A stretch of 64,000 nucleotides of DNA from an uncultured delta proteobacterium. GTDB taxonomy: Bacteria; Desulfobacterota; Desulfuromonadia; Desulfuromonadales; JACZKF01. The notes beneath the pieces are model-generated. The model saw only the letters and a program-made list of their open reading frames with translations. It ran no database searches and was not told where the DNA came from. Every line of letters begins with the position of its first letter. Position 1 is the first letter of the stretch. Shown here piece by piece: positions 56,694 to 64,000 of the stretch. Both the position numbers and the translations under genes were made by a program. The stretch lies in contig CAWFKQ010000008.1 in the NCBI GenBank assembly GCA_963816395.1, positions 64,001 through 128,000 of the forward strand, written 5' to 3'.

Positions 56694-56735
56694 TTAAATA
56701 TATGGATTTTAACGGTGCCATCAGGAAGAAGTCAA
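56694..56735 (-). promoter_or_regulatory. Putative arsR-family promoter with an overlapping AT-rich imperfect palindrome
   Basis: Minus-strand TTGACT-N18-TAAAAT; TTAAA-N9-TTTAA dyad at 56694-56712. Confidence 0.45.
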
Positions 56736-56846
56736 GATCGGAAAACCGCACGCATCCCACTCGACAGGGAAGCCGGCAGTGATTACAATGCAAGATTGGC
56801 CCGTGACCGATCCTGGGCCGGCGCTTCGACGACGGAGTCCCAATTG

Positions 56847-57641
56847 ATGAAACGACTGCTGACCATATGCCTGCTCCTGCTGCTGCCGACGGCGGCGGTA
56901 AGCGCGCCGCTGGCGCCGCAACCCCTTTCACCTGGATAAGCTGGCGGGAGAATCTCTGGATTACGACATCGCCTTTCTCTGGTTCGACCATCTGGCCGAG
57001 GGTCGCCTGTCCTTCAGCGCCGGAGAACGCCCCGGGACCTACCGGGCCGAACTGGAAGCCAGAACCCTGGGGGTGGCCGGTTGGCTGACCGGTGACCGGG
57101 CCCAGCGTTACATTTCCATCATGGAAAAGGGGCCGGACGGGGAGCTGCAATCCCTGTCCCACGAAGCGATCATCCTCAAGGGGCAAGGGGAAGGATCTGC
57201 GCCGGAGGAGCAAGCGCTACTCTTTCGACTACTACCAAAGGGGAGGTCCTCTACCAGCGCTTGAAGGAAGGGAAGGTCAAACGGGAGGAGGTTCTCCCTC
57301 TGGACCGTAAGACTGCGCCGATAGACGTCCTGACGGCATTCATCAATTTTCGCGCCGGGCTGGTCGGGCCGCTCCGGCCGGGGGCGCGCTACACCATTCC
57401 CACCTTCAGCCACAAGGGCGATTCCAATATCATCGTGGAAACGGTCCCGGAAGAGGCGCGGGAGAATTATCCAGCCTTCCCCCGCCGCGGCCTGCTCGCC
57501 CGGGTCACTGTCGACCCGGAGATATTCGATACCGGCGGCGGCTATATATACGTCTGGTTCGACGAAGCCGGCCGGCCGGCCCGCGCCGCCGTCGAAAATG
57601 TCATCGGGATGGGGGATGTGCGGGGGACCCTGCGCCATTAG
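56847..57641 (+). CDS. DUF3108-like exported protein; frameshifted
   Basis: Signal peptide MKRLLTICLLLLLPTAAVSA; 'GESLDYDIAFLWF'; 'DVLTAFINFR'. Confidence 0.6.
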
Positions 57642-57648
57642 CCATAAT

Positions 57649-57781
57649 GGCTGATGAAAAACGCCCATCTGCGGCGTTGCCCTCATCCTTTGTCAACGAC
57701 CTACTTTTCAGGTACGCCTTGGGCAGACACAAGGTCTGCCCCTACGGGATTTGCCTTGCATCGAGGCATTTTTGCCCAGCC
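57649..57781. mobile_element. MITE-like intergenic element with imperfect terminal inverted repeats, containing a GTAG-type REP palindrome (57721-57745)
   Basis: Left end GGCTGATGAAAAACGCC vs reverse complement of right end GGCTGGGCAAAAATGCC; internal GGGCAGAC-ACAAG-GTCTGCCC-CTAC. Confidence 0.6.
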
Positions 57782-57850
57782 TGAGATAACGACTTCTTCA
57801 AAAACTGCCAGGGACAAGACCCGATCGTTCCCGAAAGGAATACTGCATTC

Positions 57851-59500
57851 ATGCGCCAGGAGATCATCCATGTCGTCGGGCACAAGAATCCCGATACCGA
57901 TTCCATCTGCAGCGCCATGGCCTACGCCCGCCTGCGGCAGCTGCAGGGGCTGGAGGCGGCCCAGGCGGCGCGGGCCGGCAACATCAATCGCCAGACCGAG
58001 TTCGTCCTCGATGAGCTCGCCCTGCCGGTGCCGCCCCTGCTGGTGGATGTCCACCCGCGGGTGCGCCACGTGGTCGGCGAGCACGTGGTCACCATCCACC
58101 GGGAGGCGCCGTTGTCGCGCGCCCTGGAACTGTTTCATCTGCATGGCGTGCGCCTGCTGCCGGTGGTGGATGATGACCAGCGGCCGCTCGGCATCCTTTT
58201 CCTCAAGAAGCTGGCGGAGCGCTTTCTGGTCCCCAGCCAGGAAAAGGAGATCCGCCGGGTGCTGAGCTCGGCAGACTCGATCCGACGGTGTTTGAAGGCC
58301 ACCCCGCTGCACTGTGCGGACGGCGATGCGGTGGAGGAACTGCAGTTGTATGTCGGGGCGATGGCTTCCGCCACTTTTCACCGGAAAATGGAGGGTCTCG
58401 ACCCCCGGCGGATGGTTCTTATCACCGGCGACCGGGAAAATATCCAGCGGGAGGCGGTGGAAATGGGGGTGCGGGTGCTGATCGTCACCGGCGGCCTGCC
58501 GGTATCGCCGGCGATCGTGGCCAGGGGGCGGGAGCAGGAGGTGAGCATCCTTTCCACGCCCTTCGATTCCGCCACCGCCGCCTGGCTGACCCGCCTGGCC
58601 ACGCCGGTCCATTGCCTGATGCAGACCGACTTCGGCCAGACCGGGCTGGAGGAGCGCCTGGACGATCTGCGTCTGAAACTGCTGCACAGCCCCGATCCGG
58701 GGGTGGTGGTGCTGGACGGGGCAGGGAAGGTGGCGGCCGTCGCCACCAAGAGCAACCTGCTCGCCTCCTCGCCGGTGAAGCTGATCCTGGTCGACCACAA
58801 CGAGCTGTCGCAGGCGGTGACCGGCGCCGACAAGGTGGAGATCCTGGAGGTGGTGGACCATCACCGGCTGGGGAATTTCCACACCGACATGCCGATCCGC
58901 TTCATCAACCAGCCGCTGGGGAGCACCTGCACGGTGGTGGCCACCCTCTACCGCCAGGCCGGCCTGACTCCCGATCCCGCCACCGCCGGTCTGATGCTGG
59001 CGGGGCTGCTCTCCGATACGGTCATCCTCAAATCCCCCACCACCACCGGCACCGACCGGGAAATGGCGCGCTGGCTGAGCGACCTCTCGGGCCTCGACCC
59101 GGCCGATTTCGGCCGCCGCATCTTCGGCGCCGGCAGCGCCCTGGCCGCTTACCCCTCGGTGCGCCAGCTGATCCTGGCCGATTTCAAGGAATACCAGGCG
59201 GGGGAGAGTTCCTTCGGCGTGGGGCAGGTGGAAGTGATCAGCTTCCACGAATTCCAGGGGATGAAAGGGGAGATCGCCGCCGGCCTGGCGGCCGTCAAGG
59301 AAGAGCGGAGGCTCGACCTGGCCGGCCTGCTGGTCACCGACATCGTCCAGGAGACCAGCCTGCTGCTGGCCCTCGGCGGCAAGGAGTTTCCCTACCTCAT
59401 CGGCTATCCGCAGGTCGAGGAGAACCTCTACGAGCTCAAGGGCGTTCTCTCCCGCAAGAAGCAGCTGGTGCCGCATCTGCTGAAGGTGCTCAAGACGTAA
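57851..59500 (+). CDS. ppaC: Manganese-dependent family II inorganic pyrophosphatase with CBS-DRTGG insert
   Basis: GHKNPDTDS, CBS pair, ITGDR (DRTGG), LVDHNE, DHH, LSDT, SRKKQ. Confidence 0.93.
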   Translation: MRQEIIHVVGHKNPDTDSICSAMAYARLRQLQGLEAAQAARAGNINRQTEFVLDELALPVPPLLVDVHPRVRHVVGEHVVTIHREAPLSRALELFHLHGVRLLPVVDDDQRPLGILFLKKLAERFLVPSQEKEIRRVLSSADSIRRCLKATPLHCADGDAVEELQLYVGAMASATFHRKMEGLDPRRMVLITGDRENIQREAVEMGVRVLIVTGGLPVSPAIVARGREQEVSILSTPFDSATAAWLTRLATPVHCLMQTDFGQTGLEERLDDLRLKLLHSPDPGVVVLDGAGKVAAVATKSNLLASSPVKLILVDHNELSQAVTGADKVEILEVVDHHRLGNFHTDMPIRFINQPLGSTCTVVATLYRQAGLTPDPATAGLMLAGLLSDTVILKSPTTTGTDREMARWLSDLSGLDPADFGRRIFGAGSALAAYPSVRQLILADFKEYQAGESSFGVGQVEVISFHEFQGMKGEIAAGLAAVKEERRLDLAGLLVTDIVQETSLLLALGGKEFPYLIGYPQVEENLYELKGVLSRKKQLVPHLLKVLKT

Positions 59501-59832
59501 AAGACCTTGTCGTTGACACAAATGGCCAAAGAGTGCGCCAGGCAATAAAGGGCGGGCGAGGGGAGTTTCACATCGGGCCTGCGAAGGGCGGCTTCTTGGC
59601 GATGACTGTTTCGTCGATGCCATCCTCGGGAAAGCCGGGGAGGAGTGAGAGGTGCTGGAGAGCGCCAGGAAAAGGCCCGGGTGGAGAGGTTAGCGCAGGG
59701 GGGGCTTTTCACGCAATTTAAACCTGATATGCTTTCGTCAGATGCTAGCGGGAATGCCTATAGCCGGCATTCCTGAACCCTTTTTTAGGGGTTCCACACG
59801 GTAACTGCCAAAAGCAGACAGGAGAGATAGAA

Positions 59833-60351
59833 ATGCGTTACCTCATTTTAACCGTCGCGACGGTTTTCGCGGTCAGTCTGGTCAGCGGCCAGACGCTGGC
59901 TACGGCGCAGACGAGAGCCGCCTATGGACAAGACCAGCAGGCCGAGAAGCAGCAGTCCCAGCAAACAATTGGGCAAAATCAACAACAGGGGCGACAGAAT
60001 GGCTCCCAACAACTCAACTCGGACCAGGTGCGGAAGCTCCAGCAGGCTCTGAAGGACAAGGGGTACAACCCTGGCCAGGTTGACGGAATCATCGGTTCCC
60101 AGACCCGGCAGGCCTTACGGCAGTTTCAGCAGTCGCAGGGGATCGCCTCCACGGGCAAGGTGAACCCGAAGACTCTGCAGGCCCTCGATATCAATTCCCA
60201 GGAATTCATGGGTCTGGCGCCACAATTCGGCGAGCAGAATCAACAACAGTACCAGCAACAGGAAAAAACGCAGAAACAACAAGAGTACCGGAATACCTGG
60301 GAACAACAGCAGAAGCAGCAGGGTGGGGGAAGCAGCCAGTCAGGCCAATAA
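59833..60351 (+). CDS. Exported Gln-rich peptidoglycan-binding domain protein
   Basis: Signal peptide; PG_binding_1 motif 'VRKLQQALKDKGYNPGQVDGIIGSQTRQALRQFQ...TG'; Q-rich flanks. Confidence 0.85.
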   Translation: MRYLILTVATVFAVSLVSGQTLATAQTRAAYGQDQQAEKQQSQQTIGQNQQQGRQNGSQQLNSDQVRKLQQALKDKGYNPGQVDGIIGSQTRQALRQFQQSQGIASTGKVNPKTLQALDINSQEFMGLAPQFGEQNQQQYQQQEKTQKQQEYRNTWEQQQKQQGGGSSQSGQ

Positions 60352-60383
60352 CCAACCTGTGAACCATATACCATGCAATTTCG

Positions 60384-60410
60384 AGCCGGGAGGCATCTCC
60401 CGGCTTTTTC
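60384..60410 (+). terminator. Intrinsic terminator
   Basis: AGCCGGGAG-GCAT-CTCCCGGCT followed by TTTT. Confidence 0.8.
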
Positions 60411-60594
60411 TATCGCATGGCAGTGGGCGTGATGCAAAAAGTATATTGTCGACAGACATTCCACTGTTGGGGGGCGTTCATGTGATCTTTCTTGCCTTCG
60501 ATGCGGCGCAAGTTATTGGCAGGTAATTTTCATTTTGTAAAGTAAAAACAAACACCATCCCCTGATTGGTTGATAAAGAAACATTCTGTGTTTC

Positions 60595-60621
60595 AAGCGG
60601 GGCCTTGCGCCCCGCTTTTTT
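60595..60621 (+). terminator. Intrinsic terminator just left of the IS
   Basis: AAGCGGGG-CCTTGCG-CCCCGCTT followed by TTTT. Confidence 0.75.
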
Positions 60622-60634
60622 ACCCCCAACCTTT

Positions 60635-62535
60635 GATGCATTCGCAAAAGTGTAAAAAGTTGGCAACTGCTTGAATTTATGAAACTATTTCTACTTTTCC
60701 CTTGATTCGAAGTTGGTATTTTGATAGGATAACCTTTGTAAAATCAACTGGTTATCCGGAGCTTCCATGATTCACGTCAAAGACCACAAAACCCGCGACA
60801 TGTTTAGTCCCTTCGCTCATCTGGGGCCGAAGCGGCTGGCGCTTCTTGAAAAATCCTGGGCGCATCTGTTTCGCGAAGAAATTCTGCATCGGCTTCCGGC
60901 CGAGAAGCTTTTTTCCTTCTACGATGAGCTCAAGGGGCGTCGCACAAAAGAACTCTACGCCATGCTGGGGCTTCTGATCCTGCAACAGATGCAGGACATG
61001 ACCGACGACGAGACCGTGCACCAGTTTGCCTTCAATATCCAGTGGCAGTATGCCCTGAATGTCACTGAAGCCACGGACTTTCACGCCTATGTCTGCCCCC
61101 GCACTCTCTGGGGTCTGCGCGATTTGGTCAGCCGCCACCAGCTTGAGCAGGCGCTCTTTGAGAATGTCACCGAAACCCTGCAACGGCTCTTTTGTCTCGA
61201 TGCGAGCAAGCAGCGCCTGGATTCGGTTCATCTGTTCTCCAACATGCGCCACCTGGGGCGGATTCGGCTCTTTGTCGCCACCATCCGCAAGTTTCTCGTC
61301 AATCTGAAACGGCACCACAAGGCGCTCTTCGAAGCCCTTGGGGCCGAGTTGACGGATAGGTACCTGAGCAAGAAGGGCGAATCGCTCTTCGCGGCGGTCA
61401 AGCCGAGTGAATCCGCCAATACATTGCAGAAGCTCGGAGATGATCTCTTCGCCCTGGTAGGGCGCTTCGGGAAGCTGGAGGACATTTGCTCCATGAGCAG
61501 CTACCAGCTTCTGACGCGTCTACTGCGTGAGCAGTGCGTGGTTGCCGATACCGCTTCCTGCGGCAAGGCCGTCACGGTAAAACCCAACAAGGATGTCCCC
61601 TCCGACTCTCTGCAAAATCCATCCGATCCGGATGCCGGCTACAGCGGCCACAAGGGTAAAGGCTTCCAGGCCCAGGTTATGGAGACCTGCTCAAGCGCCG
61701 AAGAGAAGGAGCAACCCAACCTGATCACCCACTTCAAGGTGGAGGCGGCGCATGAAAGTGATGTCCATGCCCTGCTTCCCGCCATCAAGGATGCCAGAGA
61801 GCGAGACCTAGCACCGACGCAGGTGCTGGCCGACTCTCTATACGGCAGCGATGAGAACATCGAGAAGGCCGCTGCCTTGGGTGTTGAGGTGGTTGCCCCC
61901 ACCATGGGCAAAGTCAAAGAGAAGGGGCTCTCTCTGGCGGACTTCGAGTTCACCGACAGCAACGAACTTCTGCGCTGTCCAGCGGGTCACGCTCCGGAGC
62001 GAGACAGGGTCGGCAAGGGCGGCGGCCACCGCGTGCAGTTTGCCAAAGATCTTTGCGACGCCTGCGAGAAGCAATCCGACTGTCCGGTGATCCGGGAAAA
62101 GCGGCACTGCACCCTCAGCTATGACGACAAGGCGCTGCGACTCGCCCGGCGACGCGCGATAGAAAAGAGCTGCGCATTCCGAGATATCTACCGCCTGCGC
62201 GCTGGCATTGAAGCAACCATGTCCGACCTTGATCGGATCACCGGCCTCAAGCATCTGCGCGTGCGAGGGATGCGGGCGGTAAGGTACGCGGCAACGCTCA
62301 AGGCCACCGGACTTAATATCCTGAGGTCAACAGCATTCAGGAGCCGACGTCCGAAAAGGAATAAAGGTGGTGATCCCTCGGATTCGAGCCCAAATGGCCT
62401 TGTTTTGGTTCTCAAAGAGCGGTGTATGTCGGCCGCAAAGTTCTTCCGAGAAAGTTTGGCGATGAGATTCCCGAGGAACCACTTCCCGGCTGATTTCTTG
62501 ACCGGGGTCGCCTGAAACTAATTTGCGAGCGCATC
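60635..62535 (+). mobile_element. Complete insertion sequence (about 1.9 kb; single DDE transposase, IS1182/ISNCY-like) with 7-bp target duplication AACCTTT
   Basis: TIRs GATGCATTCGCAAA (60635) and TTTGCGAGCGCATC (ending 62535); AACCTTT at 60628-60634 and 62536-62542; internal TTGATT-N17-TAGGAT promoter. Confidence 0.9.
60767..62515 (+). CDS. DDE transposase
   Basis: Intact 582-aa ORF; 'QRLDSVH', 'QNPSDPDAGY', 'LADSLYGS', CPAGH...CDAC...CP, 'YRLRAGIEAT', 'LRVRG'. Confidence 0.92.
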   Translation: MIHVKDHKTRDMFSPFAHLGPKRLALLEKSWAHLFREEILHRLPAEKLFSFYDELKGRRTKELYAMLGLLILQQMQDMTDDETVHQFAFNIQWQYALNVTEATDFHAYVCPRTLWGLRDLVSRHQLEQALFENVTETLQRLFCLDASKQRLDSVHLFSNMRHLGRIRLFVATIRKFLVNLKRHHKALFEALGAELTDRYLSKKGESLFAAVKPSESANTLQKLGDDLFALVGRFGKLEDICSMSSYQLLTRLLREQCVVADTASCGKAVTVKPNKDVPSDSLQNPSDPDAGYSGHKGKGFQAQVMETCSSAEEKEQPNLITHFKVEAAHESDVHALLPAIKDARERDLAPTQVLADSLYGSDENIEKAAALGVEVVAPTMGKVKEKGLSLADFEFTDSNELLRCPAGHAPERDRVGKGGGHRVQFAKDLCDACEKQSDCPVIREKRHCTLSYDDKALRLARRRAIEKSCAFRDIYRLRAGIEATMSDLDRITGLKHLRVRGMRAVRYAATLKATGLNILRSTAFRSRRPKRNKGGDPSDSSPNGLVLVLKERCMSAAKFFRESLAMRFPRNHFPADFLTGVA

Positions 62536-62540
62536 AACCT

Positions 62541-63797
62541 TTAATTCTCAACCGATTTCCGGTCTGAGTGGGAGCGCGGCGCCACGCCAGGCTGGCGGCG
62601 CCTGAGCTTCCAGGTGTAGATGAGCAGAGGGAACATCAACAGGGCGGAGCAGGCATAGGGAAAGGCGGGGTTGAGCTGGTAGAGACTGGTGCCGATCATC
62701 GGTCCCAACACAAACCCCGCCGCCGGGCAGGCAGAGATCAGGCCTCCCACCGCTCCCTGCTCTTCGGCGCCTACGGAAAGGGAGGCTCCGGCCGTATAGG
62801 CCGGAGCCACCATGCCCAGTCCCCCTCCCAGAATCCCCATGGCGGTGATCAGCAGGGCGATGCTGCCGGCGGCGAGCAGGGTGGCATAACCCACGATCAG
62901 TACCGGCAATCCCAGGGTCATCAGCCGAAGGGGGGTCATCTTCGCTCGCCGTGCCAGCCAGGTCTGGGCGATGAAGGATATCATTGCCGAAACCATCATC
63001 CCCATGCCGAGAACCTGGGCGGTGGTTTTGCCATCAAGAGTGAATTTGTCCTGAAAATAGAAGCCGATGGTCTGGCTCATCATCGAAAATGCGCAAAAAG
63101 TGACGAACCCGACCAGGATATAGGGAAAGTAGCGCTGGTCGAAAATCTTCAGCCGCGCCCTGGCCGCAGAGGCCGGATACTGCCTGACGGGTTCCTGCAG
63201 AATTATGGCGAGCAGGATAGAGCTGAGCAGGGTGACGGCGGCGGCGATATACAGCGGTGCCAGCAGGCCGAAAGCGGCAAACAGACCGCTCATCGCCGGT
63301 CCGAGGATCGCGCCGAGGGTGCGGGCAGCGCCCAGACGCCCCATTCCCGCCATGCGCTGGCCGGCAGTGGTGGTATCGGCGATATAGGCCGAGGCGGCGC
63401 TGGGCGAAGCCGACATCAGCGACGCCATGAGGACTCGCGAGGTAATGGCCAGCAGATAAAGGAGACCCCCCGCCAGCAGGCCCTGGAGCCCAAGGAGAAA
63501 TATCGAAGCGAAGAGCAGGCAGCCGAAGGTATAGCCCAGTTGCCCCAGCAGGAGGACCGGCTTGCGCCCCCAGCGATCGCAGGTTCGTCCCCAGATCGGA
63601 CTGGAAATGGTGAAGACCAGGGAAGAGCAGGTGATGATCAGGCCGATCTGGATTTCGTGAAAACCGACCTCGCGGCCGAGCGGCGCCAGCAAAGCAAAGG
63701 TCATCGATTGCCCAACGCCGGTAGACAGAACGCTGAACAGGACCAGACCGGTGGCCAGGCCGGGAGAGACAGGGCGGGAAATTTTCCGGCGTGTCAT
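62541..63797 (-). CDS. MFS transporter (TetA/DHA1-like)
   Basis: About 12 TM; motif A 'GRTCDRWGRKPVL'; 'AYIADTT'; 'LGPAMSG'. Confidence 0.9.
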   Translation of the reverse strand: MTRRKISRPVSPGLATGLVLFSVLSTGVGQSMTFALLAPLGREVGFHEIQIGLIITCSSLVFTISSPIWGRTCDRWGRKPVLLLGQLGYTFGCLLFASIFLLGLQGLLAGGLLYLLAITSRVLMASLMSASPSAASAYIADTTTAGQRMAGMGRLGAARTLGAILGPAMSGLFAAFGLLAPLYIAAAVTLLSSILLAIILQEPVRQYPASAARARLKIFDQRYFPYILVGFVTFCAFSMMSQTIGFYFQDKFTLDGKTTAQVLGMGMMVSAMISFIAQTWLARRAKMTPLRLMTLGLPVLIVGYATLLAAGSIALLITAMGILGGGLGMVAPAYTAGASLSVGAEEQGAVGGLISACPAAGFVLGPMIGTSLYQLNPAFPYACSALLMFPLLIYTWKLRRRQPGVAPRSHSDRKSVEN

Positions 63798-64000
63798 GGA
63801 TGCCGCATCTTTGCCTCGGTTCCGGCGCTGGATATTACCTGATCAGGGATAGCTGTTGCCATAGGTTATAGAGCGGTACACCGGTTCGCTGCACAAATCC
63901 GCAGATCGACGCCGCCACGGCGAAGAAAAACCGTTTTCCGGATGAAAGGAGTCAATAGGACTTGCGAAAGACGGTCTTGTGGCATTTCGGGCAGGGCGGG

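Overview
A GC-rich bacterial chromosomal segment. Its conserved gene order (tRNAs-tig-clpP-clpX-lon-hup-tRNAs; a pul/oxpG-type type II secretion cluster; ftsEX-envC-ctpA; xseA-xseB-ispA-dxs) points to Desulfuromonadales (Desulfuromonas/Geobacter-like); this placement is inferred, not proven. Many genes, including essential ones, are split by single-base indels, most densely at about 19.8-35 kb. This is best explained as uncorrected long-read errors, so split genes are reported as single CDSs with approximate ends. The window also holds a DUF748 protein, DegP, a compact class II ribonucleotide reductase, a CYP152 peroxygenase, seven tRNAs, recQ, a BirA-controlled bioW-bioF-bioH-bioC operon, two RlmI-family methyltransferases, a CBS-PPase, an intact IS with 7-bp target duplication, a (GAGATAGG)x9 repeat and a MITE-like element carrying a REP. 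There is no CRISPR array or prophage. The best candidate for an undescribed system is a co-oriented trio at 7.5-11.3 kb: two exported rhodanese proteins followed by a chemoreceptor, possibly a sulfur/polysulfide-taxis module.
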